Assembly: GCF_003334315.1 (NCBI RefSeq)
Contig: NZ_QOWR01000012.1
Length of the DNA: 64,000 nt
Source: Escherichia coli
Lineage (GTDB): Bacteria > Pseudomonadota > Gammaproteobacteria > Enterobacterales > Enterobacteriaceae
Reading direction: 5' to 3' (one strand)
The translations under genes were made by a program, and so were the position numbers. Each line of letters opens with the position of its first letter. Within the stretch, counting starts at the first letter, position 1. The notes beneath the pieces were generated by a model. The model made no database searches and was not told where the DNA came from. It was given only the letters and a program-made list of their open reading frames with translations. Positions 1 through 13,542 of this stretch are shown piece after piece.

Positions 1-372
1 TTACGCGCGCTTGAACAACAGGCTGACTGGGTGTTAGTGGAAGGTGCTGGCGGCTGGTTTACGCCGCTTTCTGACACTTTCACTTTTGCAGATTGGGTAA
101 CACAGGAACAACTGCCGGTGATACTGGTAGTTGGTGTGAAACTCGGCTGTATTAATCACGCGATGTTGACTGCACAGGTAATACAACACGCCGGACTGAC
201 TCTGGCGGGTTGGGTGGCGAACGATGTTACGCCTCCGGGAAAACGTCACGCTGAATATATGACCACGCTCACCCGCATGATTCCCGCGCCGCTGCTGGGA
301 GAGATCCCCTGGCTTGCAGAAAATCCAGAAAATGCGGCAACCGGAAAGTACATAAACCTTGCCTTGTTGTAG
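1..372 (+). CDS. bioD: Dethiobiotin synthetase BioD, 3' partial (5' end outside window)
   Basis: Frame 1 reads through from window start to stop at 372; translation ...LVEGAGGWFTPLSDTFTFADWV... recognised as BioD C-terminus; lies just upstream of uvrB as in K-12. Confidence 0.85.
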   Translation, partial: LRALEQQADWVLVEGAGGWFTPLSDTFTFADWVTQEQLPVILVVGVKLGCINHAMLTAQVIQHAGLTLAGWVANDVTPPGKRHAEYMTTLTRMIPAPLLGEIPWLAENPENAATGKYINLALL

Positions 373-531
373 CCATTCTGTATTTGGTTAAATTGCGAGC
401 GAGATCGCGTCTTCGATTGACTGCAATTTAACCAATTAAATTCTAAAATAATCACGAAAAAAATTTTACTTCCGCCTCATGCGGCGAATGTGGGAATTGC
501 CCAGGCGGCGGGGGATAGGGGCTGCAGACAG

Positions 532-554
532 TTATCCACTATTCCTGTGGATAA
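532..554. promoter_or_regulatory. Pair of inverted DnaA-box-like 9-mers (TTATCCACT / TGTGGATAA) in the uvrB upstream region
   Basis: ttatccact at 532-540 and tgtggataa at 546-554; the second is a perfect match to DnaA box TTATCCACA on the opposite strand. Confidence 0.5.
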
Positions 555-856
555 CCATGTGTATTAGAGTTAGAAAACACGAGGCAAGCGAGAGAATACG
601 CGGCTTGCACGCGAATTGGCGTTAAAGACGGCTCAAAGAAATATCTTTTATTTTTTAACTGGTTAGATAAATGCAATGGCAGTCACTGAACAGGCATCTC
701 TTGCCATAAAACTGTCATCACTCATCTTGACAAATGTTAAAAAAGCCGTTGCTTTGGGGATAACCCGGTAAGGCCGGAGTTTTATCTCGCCACAGAGTAA
801 ATTTTGCTCATGATTGACAGCGGAGTTTACGCTGTATCAGAAATATTATGGTGATG

Positions 857-876
857 AACTGTTTTTTTATCCAGTA
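857..876 (+). promoter_or_regulatory. LexA (SOS) box of uvrB
   Basis: aaCTGtttttttatcCAGta, CTG-N10-CAG architecture, about 75 nt upstream of the uvrB start codon. Confidence 0.8.
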
Positions 877-950
877 TAATTTGTTGGCATAATTAAGTAC
901 GACGAGTAAAATTACATACCTGCCCGCCCAACTCCTTCAGGTAGCGACTC

Positions 951-2972
<2,022 letters not shown>

Positions 2973-3010
2973 CAGGATAGCGAAGAAGACTGATGACAAA
3001 CGGAAAACAG

Positions 3011-3108
3011 CCTGATGCGCTACGCTTATCAGGCCTACATTTTCTCCGCAATATATTGAATTTGCGCGGTTTGTAGGCCGGATAAGGCGTTCACGCCGCA
3101 TCCGGCAT
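3011..3108. repeat. REP/BIME cluster downstream of uvrB
   Basis: gcctgatgcgctacgcttatcaggcctac ... gtaggccggataaggcgttcacgccgcatccggca; canonical REP palindromes in inverted orientation. Confidence 0.85.
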
Positions 3109-3163
3109 AAACAACGCGCACTTTGTCTTCAATAGGAAGCCGGAATTTTCCTTCGGATTTCCG

Positions 3164-4132
<969 letters not shown>

Positions 4133-4269
4133 TTAACCTGCCAATATTGAGGATACAAACTATTTTCTTCTACCTCTAAAGGACGATGCACGCTATGCCT
4201 CCCTGATGATGTATATCAAAGTAAAACCGCCATTTTCCCTTATTCTGTAGCGAAATAGCACGATCATGA

Positions 4270-4293
4270 CGCTATATACATGATTACATAGCG
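4270..4293. promoter_or_regulatory. ModE-type operator palindrome upstream of moaA
   Basis: CGCTATATAcatgatTACATAGCG, near-perfect inverted repeat resembling the ModE consensus half-sites. Confidence 0.6.
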
Positions 4294-4334
4294 AAAGTGT
4301 GGATGGTAAAAATCTCATTTACACGCTAGTATCG

Positions 4335-4468
4335 GCATAACCACTAAACACTCTAGCCTCTGCACCTGGGTCAACTGATACGGTGCTTTGGCCGTGACAA
4401 TGCTCGTAAAGATTGCCACCAGGGCGAAGGAAGAAATGACTTCGCCTCCCGTATCTGGAAAGGTGTAC
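4335..4468 (+). promoter_or_regulatory. moaA 5' leader containing the molybdenum-cofactor (Moco) riboswitch; boundaries approximate
   Basis: Long structured leader immediately 5' of moaA ending in the RBS ggaaagg; placement from established knowledge of the moaA leader, structure not folded here. Confidence 0.5.
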
Positions 4469-5458
4469 ATGGCTTCACAACTGACTGATGCATTTGCGCG
4501 TAAGTTTTACTACTTGCGCCTGTCGATTACCGATGTGTGTAACTTTCGTTGCACCTACTGCCTGCCGGATGGCTACAAACCGAGCGGCGTCACCAATAAA
4601 GGCTTTCTTACCGTCGATGAAATTCGCCGGGTTACGCGCGCCTTCGCCAGTCTGGGCACCGAAAAAGTGCGCCTGACAGGAGGAGAGCCGTCTTTACGCC
4701 GCGACTTTACCGATATCATCGCCGCTGTGCGGGAAAACGACGCTATCCGCCAGATTGCGGTCACAACCAATGGTTACCGTCTGGAACGCGATGTGGCGAG
4801 CTGGCGCGATGCGGGACTTACTGGCATTAACGTCAGTGTCGACAGTCTGGACGCCCGCCAGTTTCACGCTATTACCGGGCAGGATAAATTCAACCAGGTC
4901 ATGGCAGGGATTGATGCTGCATTTGAGGCCGGTTTTGAGAAGGTCAAAGTCAATACCGTGCTGATGCGTGATGTTAATCATCACCAGCTCGACACCTTTC
5001 TGAACTGGATCCAGCATCGCCCTATCCAGCTGCGTTTCATCGAACTGATGGAAACGGGCGAGGGCAGCGAGCTCTTCCGTAAGCATCACATCTCTGGTCA
5101 GGTTCTGCGTGACGAGCTACTGCGTCGCGGCTGGATCCACCAATTACGTCAACGCAGCGACGGTCCCGCGCAAGTCTTTTGCCATCCAGATTACGCCGGA
5201 GAGATTGGCCTTATCATGCCGTATGAAAAAGACTTCTGCGCCACTTGCAACCGCCTGCGCGTTTCCTCCATTGGTAAACTCCATCTCTGCCTGTTTGGTG
5301 AAGGCGGCGTTAACCTGCGCGATCTGCTGGAAGACGATACCCAGCAACAGGCGCTGGAAGCGCGTATTTCAGCGGCGCTGCGGGAGAAGAAACAGACCCA
5401 TTTCCTGCATCAAAACAACACCGGTATTACGCAAAACTTATCGTACATTGGCGGCTAA
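4469..5458 (+). CDS. moaA: GTP 3',8-cyclase MoaA (radical SAM)
   Basis: MASQLTDAF...; CxxxCxxC radical-SAM motif (CNFRCTYC); 329 aa. Confidence 0.95.
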   Translation: MASQLTDAFARKFYYLRLSITDVCNFRCTYCLPDGYKPSGVTNKGFLTVDEIRRVTRAFASLGTEKVRLTGGEPSLRRDFTDIIAAVRENDAIRQIAVTTNGYRLERDVASWRDAGLTGINVSVDSLDARQFHAITGQDKFNQVMAGIDAAFEAGFEKVKVNTVLMRDVNHHQLDTFLNWIQHRPIQLRFIELMETGEGSELFRKHHISGQVLRDELLRRGWIHQLRQRSDGPAQVFCHPDYAGEIGLIMPYEKDFCATCNRLRVSSIGKLHLCLFGEGGVNLRDLLEDDTQQQALEARISAALREKKQTHFLHQNNTGITQNLSYIGG

Positions 5459-5479
5459 AACGTCAAAAGGAGAGATCAG

Positions 5480-5992
5480 ATGAGTCAGGTAAGCACTGAA
5501 TTTATCCCGACCCGTATTGCTATTCTTACGGTTTCTAATCGTCGCGGTGAAGAAGACGATACCTCCGGTCACTATCTGCGCGATTCGGCGCAAGAAGCGG
5601 GCCATCACGTTGTCGATAAAGCCATTGTGAAAGAAAACCGCTACGCTATTCGCGCTCAGGTATCTGCGTGGATCGCCAGCGACGATGTACAAGTGGTATT
5701 GATTACGGGTGGTACTGGCCTGACGGAAGGTGATCAGGCTCCCGAAGCATTGCTGCCGTTGTTCGACCGTGAAGTTGAAGGTTTTGGTGAAGTGTTCCGG
5801 ATGTTGTCGTTTGAAGAGATTGGCACTTCCACGTTGCAATCTCGTGCGGTAGCGGGCGTCGCCAACAAAACGCTGATTTTCGCCATGCCGGGTTCGACCA
5901 AAGCGTGCCGTACCGCATGGGAAAATATCATCGCGCCGCAGCTGGATGCCCGTACGCGTCCGTGTAATTTCCATCCACATTTGAAGAAATAA
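5480..5992 (+). CDS. moaB: Molybdenum cofactor biosynthesis protein MoaB
   Basis: 170-aa ORF; MogA/MoaB fold; operon position. Confidence 0.95.
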
Positions 5993-5994
5993 GT

Positions 5995-6480
5995 ATGTCG
6001 CAACTGACCCATATCAACGCCGCTGGCGAAGCGCACATGGTGGATGTCTCCGCCAAAGCGGAAACCGTGCGTGAAGCGCGGGCGGAAGCCTTTGTCACCA
6101 TGCGCAGCGAGACGCTGGCGATGATTATTGATGGTCGCCACCACAAAGGCGACGTATTTGCCACTGCGCGTATTGCCGGTATTCAGGCGGCAAAACGCAC
6201 CTGGGATCTGATCCCGCTCTGTCATCCGCTGATGCTCAGCAAAGTTGAAGTCAATTTACAGGCCGAGCCGGAGCACAATCGGGTGCGTATAGAAACCTTA
6301 TGCCGCCTGACCGGGAAAACCGGTGTCGAAATGGAAGCATTAACCGCGGCCTCCGTGGCGGCGCTGACCATTTATGACATGTGCAAAGCGGTGCAAAAAG
6401 ATATGGTGATTGGTCCGGTACGTTTGCTGGCGAAGAGCGGCGGCAAGTCGGGTGACTTTAAGGTGGAAGCGGATGATTAA
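5995..6480 (+). CDS. moaC: Cyclic pyranopterin monophosphate synthase MoaC
   Basis: 161-aa ORF directly after moaB. Confidence 0.95.
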
Positions 6481-6718
6481 AGTTCTTTTTTTCGCCCAGG
6501 TGCGCGAGTTGGTGGGAACAGATGCAACCGAAGTGGCTGCGGATTTCCCAACTGTTGAAGCGTTACGCCAGCACATGGCTGCGCAGAGCGATCGCTGGGC
6601 GCTGGCGCTGGAAGATGGCAAATTACTGGCTGCCGTCAACCAGACGCTGGTGAGTTTTGACCATCCGCTGACTGACGGCGACGAAGTAGCTTTCTTCCCG
6701 CCGGTAACCGGAGGTTAA
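6473..6718 (+). CDS. moaD: Molybdopterin synthase sulfur-carrier subunit MoaD
   Basis: 81 aa, [12 protein letters not shown]... ending in GG; overlaps moaC by 8 nt. Confidence 0.93.
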
Positions 6719-6719
6719 G

Positions 6720-7172
6720 ATGGCAGAAACCAAAATTGTTGTTGGTCCGCAGCCGTTCAGCGTAGGAGAAGAGTACCCGTGGCTGGCGGAGCGTGACGAA
6801 GACGGTGCGGTAGTCACCTTTACTGGTAAGGTGCGCAACCATAACCTGGGCGACAGCGTCAACGCATTAACCCTCGAACACTATCCGGGGATGACTGAAA
6901 AAGCACTGGCAGAAATTGTTGATGAAGCGCGTAACCGCTGGCCGCTGGGGCGCGTCACGGTGATTCACCGCATCGGGGAATTATGGCCGGGCGATGAAAT
7001 CGTTTTTGTCGGTGTCACCAGTGCGCATCGCAGCAGTGCGTTTGAAGCCGGGCAGTTTATTATGGATTATCTCAAAACCCGCGCACCGTTCTGGAAGCGC
7101 GAAGCCACGCCGGAAGGCGACCGCTGGGTTGAAGCCCGGGAGAGCGATCAGCAGGCGGCAAAACGCTGGTAG
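6720..7172 (+). CDS. moaE: Molybdopterin synthase catalytic subunit MoaE
   Basis: 150-aa ORF, start 2 nt after the moaD stop. Confidence 0.95.
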   Translation: MAETKIVVGPQPFSVGEEYPWLAERDEDGAVVTFTGKVRNHNLGDSVNALTLEHYPGMTEKALAEIVDEARNRWPLGRVTVIHRIGELWPGDEIVFVGVTSAHRSSAFEAGQFIMDYLKTRAPFWKREATPEGDRWVEARESDQQAAKRW

Positions 7173-7307
7173 TTTTTGTTAGCCGGATAAGGCACCGCTG
7201 CGTCCGGCAATTTCACCGCTCAGTACATGCGTTTACGCTGCGTCGATGCACAGCCTCATCATTTTGCAGTATCCTTAAGATATTCCTTATATCTTCAGGA
7301 GATCGTC

Positions 7308-8012
7308 ATGGACAGATTCCCACGTTCTGATTCAATCGTACAACCCCGGGCTGGCTTGCAAACTTATATGGCGCAAGTCTATGGCTGGATGACCGTTGGC
7401 TTGTTGCTGACCGCATTTGTTGCCTGGTATGCGGCTAATTCCGCGGCCGTGATGGAGCTGTTGTTCACTAACCGTGTCTTTTTAATCGGTCTGATCATCG
7501 CGCAATTAGCATTGGTTATTGTGTTATCAGCGATGATTCAAAAGCTGAGCGCAGGTGTAACGACGATGCTCTTTATGCTTTATTCGGCGCTGACGGGTCT
7601 TACGCTTTCCAGTATATTCATTGTCTATACCGCTGCTTCTATCGCCAGTACTTTCGTCGTTACTGCCGGGATGTTCGGCGCAATGAGCCTGTACGGTTAC
7701 ACCACGAAGCGCGATTTAAGTGGCTTTGGCAATATGCTGTTTATGGCGTTAATCGGCATTGTGCTGGCATCGCTGGTCAACTTCTGGTTGAAAAGCGAAG
7801 CATTGATGTGGGCAGTTACCTACATCGGCGTGATTGTCTTTGTCGGATTGACGGCGTATGACACGCAGAAACTGAAAAATATGGGTGAGCAGATTGATAC
7901 CCGCGACACGTCGAACCTGCGCAAATATTCCATTCTTGGCGCGTTAACCTTGTATCTGGACTTCATCAACCTGTTCCTGATGTTGCTGCGAATTTTTGGC
8001 AACCGCCGTTAA
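7308..8012 (+). CDS. ybhL: BAX inhibitor-1 / YccA family inner-membrane protein YbhL
   Basis: ORF 7227-8012; likely start MDRFPRSDSIVQ (234 aa); seven hydrophobic segments. Confidence 0.88.
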   Translation: MDRFPRSDSIVQPRAGLQTYMAQVYGWMTVGLLLTAFVAWYAANSAAVMELLFTNRVFLIGLIIAQLALVIVLSAMIQKLSAGVTTMLFMLYSALTGLTLSSIFIVYTAASIASTFVVTAGMFGAMSLYGYTTKRDLSGFGNMLFMALIGIVLASLVNFWLKSEALMWAVTYIGVIVFVGLTAYDTQKLKNMGEQIDTRDTSNLRKYSILGALTLYLDFINLFLMLLRIFGNRR

Positions 8013-8031
8013 TTCTTTTTCACCATCAATA

Positions 8032-8059
8032 TCCCGGCCATGTGTCGGGATTTTTTTTC
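8032..8059 (+). terminator. Putative intrinsic terminator after ybhL
   Basis: Short GC stem (cccgg...tcggg) followed by a T8 run. Confidence 0.5.
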
Positions 8060-8216
8060 TTACTAAAAACGACACTTAACAAGTACCAGGTATAAAATAC
8101 GCCTTATGGCGAGCGGAAGCGTTTTCCGTATCCATAAATACAAAAGTATTTTGTATGCGTGGTTTTAAATTTATTGATGGTGAATATTAATATTTTTTCT
8201 AAGGACAACTAAAAGA

Positions 8217-8930
8217 ATGGAATCATACTCGCAAAACAGCAATAAATTAGATTTTCAGCACGAGGCCAGGATATTAAACGGTATATGGCTCATTACCGCT
8301 TTAGGTTTGGTGGCAACCGCAGGACTGGCCTGGGGAGCTAAGTATCTCGAAATTACGGCAACCAAATATGATTCACCACCAATGTATGTCGCCATAGGGT
8401 TATTATTACTTTGTATGTATGGCTTAAGTAAGGATATCAACAAGATAAATGCCGCCATCGCAGGCGTAATATATCTGTTTTTACTCTCTTTGGTGGCGAT
8501 TGTCGTTGCAAGTTTAGTTCCTGTATATGCCATTATCATCGTGTTCAGCACTGCGGGCGCGATGTTTTTAATCAGTATGCTGGCCGGTTTATTATTTAAT
8601 GTTGATCCTGGTTCTCACCGTTTTATCATTATGATGACGTTGACAGGGTTGGCCCTGGTAATCATCGTGAATGCGGCATTAATGAGTGAACGGCCCATTT
8701 GGGTAATAAGTTGCTTAATGATTGTGTTATGGTCAGGCATTATCTCGCATGGACGAAATAAGCTCCTTGAATTGGCGGGGAAATGCCATAGTGAAGAGTT
8801 GTGGAGTCCGGTTCGTTGCGCTTTTACAGGTGCATTAACACTCTATTACTATTTTATCGGCTTCTTTGGGATACTTGCCGCGATAGCTATAACGCTTGTC
8901 TGGCAAAGGCATACGCGTTTTTTTCATTAG
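8217..8930 (+). CDS. ybhM: Inner-membrane protein YbhM (BI-1-like)
   Basis: 237-aa polytopic membrane ORF adjacent to ybhL. Confidence 0.85.
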   Translation: MESYSQNSNKLDFQHEARILNGIWLITALGLVATAGLAWGAKYLEITATKYDSPPMYVAIGLLLLCMYGLSKDINKINAAIAGVIYLFLLSLVAIVVASLVPVYAIIIVFSTAGAMFLISMLAGLLFNVDPGSHRFIIMMTLTGLALVIIVNAALMSERPIWVISCLMIVLWSGIISHGRNKLLELAGKCHSEELWSPVRCAFTGALTLYYYFIGFFGILAAIAITLVWQRHTRFFH

Positions 8931-8965
8931 CCGTAAATGCACATACTAAAGAACTTAACTAAACT

Positions 8966-9922
8966 TCACATCGCCGCTTCATTTTTCGCCCGTAGCTTCT
9001 TCGCCTGGCTTTCCAGCAACAGGTAACAGATCAGCGCCAGCAGCAGTGGGATAAAGTAATACAGCACACGGTAAGCGAGTAGGGCGGCGATAATTGTACC
9101 TTTGGAGGTATGCTCCCCAGCCAGTAGTGCGATAAACACCGCTTCCAGCACACCGATCCCCGCCGGAATATGCACGATGACGCCAGCAATACTACTAACC
9201 AGTAACACGCCCAGTACAAAGAAATAGTTCACGCTTTGACCAAGTAACAGCCAGATAATCGCCCCCATTACCATCCAGTTAACGCTGGAAATCAGCATCT
9301 GAGCGAGGGCGAATTTCCATGAAGGCAGCACCAGCTTTTGCCCTTTGATGGTCATATGGCGGTGCTTCGCGAAAGCGCAAAACCACAAATAAACCGCGAT
9401 AATCATCAGTAAGCCAATGCCGAGAATACGCAGCGTAGTTTGATCGACATACCAGTGATCCGGCAACTCCACCACGCCTGCGGTAAAGATAATCCCTGCC
9501 AGTAAAATGTAGCCCAGCCAGTTGGTGGTAATACTGAGCGAGAAAATCCGCGTAATAGTGCTACCGGGCAACCCCAGACGAGAGTACAAACGATAGCGCA
9601 TACCAATGCCGCCGACCCAGGTACTGAGCGTCAGGTTGAAGGCGTAGCAGATAAACGACACCAGCATCACCTGGCGCTTCGCCAGTTTGTGACCGCAGTA
9701 AAAGCGGGCGAGCAGGTCATAGCAGCCGTAAATCAGATAGCTGACGACCACCAGCCCGACCGCACTAAGCAGCGCAACGCGATTGTAGTCGCGGATGACC
9801 TTCCAGACCTCTTCCCAGTCCACTTTTTTGGCGTAGACCACCAGCAACACAATCACCGCGATAAAAAACAGCCAGGTGAGGATCTTCTTTGCTAAGCGCC
9901 AGCGCGGGTGTGATTTACTCAT
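8966..9922 (-). CDS. ybhN: Inner-membrane protein YbhN (UPF0104, lysylphosphatidylglycerol-synthase TM-region-like)
   Basis: 318-aa membrane ORF; start of clsB-ybhN co-directional cluster. Confidence 0.88.
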   Translation of the reverse strand: MSKSHPRWRLAKKILTWLFFIAVIVLLVVYAKKVDWEEVWKVIRDYNRVALLSAVGLVVVSYLIYGCYDLLARFYCGHKLAKRQVMLVSFICYAFNLTLSTWVGGIGMRYRLYSRLGLPGSTITRIFSLSITTNWLGYILLAGIIFTAGVVELPDHWYVDQTTLRILGIGLLMIIAVYLWFCAFAKHRHMTIKGQKLVLPSWKFALAQMLISSVNWMVMGAIIWLLLGQSVNYFFVLGVLLVSSIAGVIVHIPAGIGVLEAVFIALLAGEHTSKGTIIAALLAYRVLYYFIPLLLALICYLLLESQAKKLRAKNEAAM

Positions 9923-11163
9923 CAGGGTTTTACCCCCGTGTTTTCAGTTTCTACCCGATCCTGCGTTTCCATTGTCGGTTGTGCGGGCGGATCAACCTGC
10001 GCCAGACGTGGCGTGTGTGCCGGAAGCCAGCCAACCAGCGCCGGGAAGTGGCGTAAAAAGTGGAACGCCAGCACGCTTTTGGTCAGGTTCCACCAGGTGC
10101 GTTTGGGCAGCATGGTTTCATCCACCTGCTGACAATCTGCGGCGATAATGCCGTTCAGATTATCGCGCAGCGTCTGGTTAAAATTACGATCGTGGATGAT
10201 GACATTTGCTTCGAGATTCAGTGACAAACTGAGCGGATCGAGATTACTGGACCCTACTGTCGCCCAGTGATCGTCCATCAATGCTACTTTGCCGTGGAGC
10301 GGGCGGCGGCGGTACTCAAACACCTGAACGCCGCCTTTAACCAGATAGTTATACAGCAAGCGCGCGCCGACTCTGACAATCGGCATATCCGGTTCGCCCT
10401 GAATGATCAGTTTGATCCGCACCCCGCGGCGTGCCGCTTTACGCAAGGCGTGTAAAAATCGATAGCCGGGGAAGAAGTAGGCGTTGGCGATAATGACTTC
10501 CCGCCGCGCCTGAGTGAGCATTTTCAGATAGTGGCGTTCTATATCATCGCGGTGTTCTTCGTTATCGCGCCAGACCAGCAATACCTGCGCTTCTCCCGGC
10601 TGGCGATTTTCTTCCGCTTTGTGATGACGTCGCCACCAGCGTCGTGCCGCGCTCTGTCCAGGCAGGTTTTCCAGCTCAAACTGGAGAATATCTTCGACAA
10701 TCGGCCCTTCAAGGCGTACCGCGTAATCCTGTTTAGCCTCTGGACCGTAGCTGGACATATGCTCGGCGGAGTAATTCAGCCCGCCAATAAAGGCGATACG
10801 CGCGTCGATCACCACAATTTTGCGATGCATCCGGCGAAACACATTGGTGCGCATACCAAAAAGGCGAGGGCGGGGATCGTAGTAGCGAAATACCACGCCA
10901 GCTGCCGTCAGTTCATTGACAAACTCATCGCTGAGATCCGGCGAACCGTAGCCATCCAGCAAGACTTCCGCTTTAACCCCGCGTTGCGCTGCTGCCAGTA
11001 GTGCCGCATGCAGCTGTTTGCCGACGTCATCCTCAAACCAGATAAACGTTTCAAGAATGATGCGTTCTTGTGCCTCGCCAATCGCCTTAAACACCGCGGG
11101 ATAATATTGCTCGCCGTTTTCCAGCAACTCGATCTTATTGCCTTCACGCCAGCTACATTTCAT
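9922..11163 (-). CDS. clsB: Cardiolipin synthase B (phospholipase D superfamily)
   Basis: 413 aa; two HxK(x)4D (HKD) motifs visible ([16 protein letters not shown]). Confidence 0.93.
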   Translation of the reverse strand: MKCSWREGNKIELLENGEQYYPAVFKAIGEAQERIILETFIWFEDDVGKQLHAALLAAAQRGVKAEVLLDGYGSPDLSDEFVNELTAAGVVFRYYDPRPRLFGMRTNVFRRMHRKIVVIDARIAFIGGLNYSAEHMSSYGPEAKQDYAVRLEGPIVEDILQFELENLPGQSAARRWWRRHHKAEENRQPGEAQVLLVWRDNEEHRDDIERHYLKMLTQARREVIIANAYFFPGYRFLHALRKAARRGVRIKLIIQGEPDMPIVRVGARLLYNYLVKGGVQVFEYRRRPLHGKVALMDDHWATVGSSNLDPLSLSLNLEANVIIHDRNFNQTLRDNLNGIIAADCQQVDETMLPKRTWWNLTKSVLAFHFLRHFPALVGWLPAHTPRLAQVDPPAQPTMETQDRVETENTGVKP

Positions 11164-11921
11164 AAATGAATCTCCGCACTTAAAGGGGCATGATCAGAAA
11201 GGTGTCGCCATGTCTGCAGCGGCAACGCGGTTGGCGCGCTGGCGCTGGCATTTTTGACGTAGATCCTGTCCAGACGTAGTAGAGGAAATTGCACCGGAAA
11301 CGTGCGCGCCGGGCGTCCGTGGGCGCGGGTAAATATCTCATCCAGTCCGGCCTGCACTTTTAACGGATGATTAGCTTTTTGCCGCCAGTCATTGAAATCA
11401 CCCGCCACCAATACCGGTTCGCCGTCCGGTAGCTCATTCACCCATTCGGCGAGCATCGCAAGCTGCGCCTGACGGTGCGCCTCACGCAGGCCCAGATGTA
11501 CGCACATCACATGAATCGCTTTTCCGGTCATCGGCGGCACAATGCGGCAGTAGAGCACGCCGCGCTTTTCCGCACCATCGACCGAAACATCGCGATTCTC
11601 ATAATGTTCAATGGGATAACGCGACAGTACGGCGTTGCCGTGATGCCCTTCCGGGTATACGGCATTGCGACCGTAGGCAAAATCGCTCCACATGGTGTCG
11701 GCGAGAAACTCGTAGTGCGAGGTATCGGGCCAGTTTTCCACATGCAGCGGATGAACTTCGTGCGCGCCCATCACTTCCTGCAGGCAAACAATATCGGCGC
11801 TGACGGTACGCACGGCATCGCGAAGTTCCGGCAAAATGAAGCGTCGGTTAAACGCGGTAAAGCCTTTGTGAATGTTGATGGTGAGCACCTTGAACGAAAA
11901 TTGTTGTGTTTGATCGGGCAT
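11160..11921 (-). CDS. ybhP: Endonuclease/exonuclease/phosphatase family protein YbhP
   Basis: 253-aa ORF; 4-nt overlap with clsB. Confidence 0.88.
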   Translation of the reverse strand: MPDQTQQFSFKVLTINIHKGFTAFNRRFILPELRDAVRTVSADIVCLQEVMGAHEVHPLHVENWPDTSHYEFLADTMWSDFAYGRNAVYPEGHHGNAVLSRYPIEHYENRDVSVDGAEKRGVLYCRIVPPMTGKAIHVMCVHLGLREAHRQAQLAMLAEWVNELPDGEPVLVAGDFNDWRQKANHPLKVQAGLDEIFTRAHGRPARTFPVQFPLLRLDRIYVKNASASAPTALPLQTWRHLSDHAPLSAEIHL

Positions 11922-12053
11922 AATTTTCCTGTCTTTGCCTCTTATCTCATTGAAATAGTGTAGTCGGCGTCACAAAAAGGTGCGGTCTTACGGAATTTTC
12001 CGTAAAGTTCGGTACTCTGAGTAAGTAGAGATAAATTCTTCAGGAGAGAAGCC

Positions 12054-12464
12054 ATGAAGTGGCAACAACGTGTTCGTGTCGCAACGGGTCTAAGTTGCTG
12101 GCAGATTATGTTGCATTTACTGGTAGTGGCGCTGCTGGTGGTGGGCTGGATGAGTAAGACTCTGGTTCACGTCGGCGTGGGATTATGCGCACTGTATTGT
12201 GTCACGGTAGTGATGATGCTGGTGTTTCAGCGCCACCCCGAGCAACGCTGGCGTGAGGTGGCAGACGTGCTGGAAGAGCTGACCACGACCTGGTATTTTG
12301 GCGCAGCGCTGATTGTGCTGTGGCTGTTGTCCCGCGTTCTGGAAAACAACTTTTTGCTGGCAATTGCAGGGCTGGCAATCCTTGCCGGCCCGGCGGTAGT
12401 GTCTTTGCTGGCGAAAGATAAGAAGTTACATCACCTTACGTCTAAACATCGCGTACGCCGCTGA
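12054..12464 (+). CDS. ybhQ: Inner-membrane protein YbhQ
   Basis: 136-aa hydrophobic ORF. Confidence 0.8.
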
Positions 12465-13532
12465 CCCTGTCGTGGCCGTTATCACCAGTAGCGGCCACAA
12501 ACTATTCCACACAATATCCAGACTCGCATCCTTCAAATAAATCTGCTTGGTAATGTCCGTAAAGTGGCGAATAGGGTTAATCCACGTCAGGTTTTGCAGC
12601 CAAACTGGCATGTTTTCCACCGGCGAAACGTAACCGGAAAGGAGAATGGCGGGCATCATAAAGACAAACACGCCGATAAACGCCTGCTGTTGTGTCGAGC
12701 AGAGTGATGAAATCAACAGACCGAATCCCACCAGCGATAAACCGTAAATCACCATCGTAAAGTAGAACAGCGCCAGCGATCCGGCGAAGGGGATTTGATA
12801 CGCCCAGATACCAATCGCCAGCACAATGGTGGCCTGGAAGGTGGCGACAATTAACGCCGGTACGGCTTTGCCGATGAAGATCTGCCAGGTGGTGAGCGGC
12901 GAAACCAGTAGCTGATCGAGCGTACCTTGTTCACGTTCGCGGGCGACGGAAAGTGAAGTGACGATCATTACGCCGATAGTGGTGATCATGGCGATCAGCG
13001 ACGGCACCACAAACCATTTGTAGTCGAGATTCGGGTTATACCAGTTGCGTACTACCAGCTCGCTGTTGTTAGGTTTCGGTTTTCCTTCCAGCAGCTCCTG
13101 CTGATAATTTTTGACGATCTGTTGCAGGTAGTTGGCGGCAATCTGCGCACTGTTGGAGTTACGCCCGTCGAGGATCAACTGCAAAGGCGCGGTCTGGAAG
13201 GTATCCAGTTTGCGCGAGAAGTCAGCCGGGAAACGCACCAGTAGTAACGCCTTTTGTGTGTCGATGGTTGGGCGGATCTCCTGTGGGCTTTTCAGCAGCA
13301 GCACATGAGTAAAGGCGCTGGCGCGGGCAAAACGTTGGGTCAGCTCCACCGAATGCTCGCCGTTATCTTCATCGTAGATGGCGATGGTGGCGTTAGTCAC
13401 TTCCAGCGTGGCGGCGAACGGGAACAGGATCACCTGAATTAGCACGGGTAAAATCAGAATCGCGCGGGTTTGTGGTTCGCGCAGCAACGACTGCAACTCT
13501 TTGCGGATTAACGTCCATAAGCGATGAAACAT
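12426..13532 (-). CDS. ybhR: ABC-2 family exporter permease YbhR
   Basis: 368-aa membrane ORF. Confidence 0.9.
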
Positions 13533-13542
13533 GCTCTTCTCC

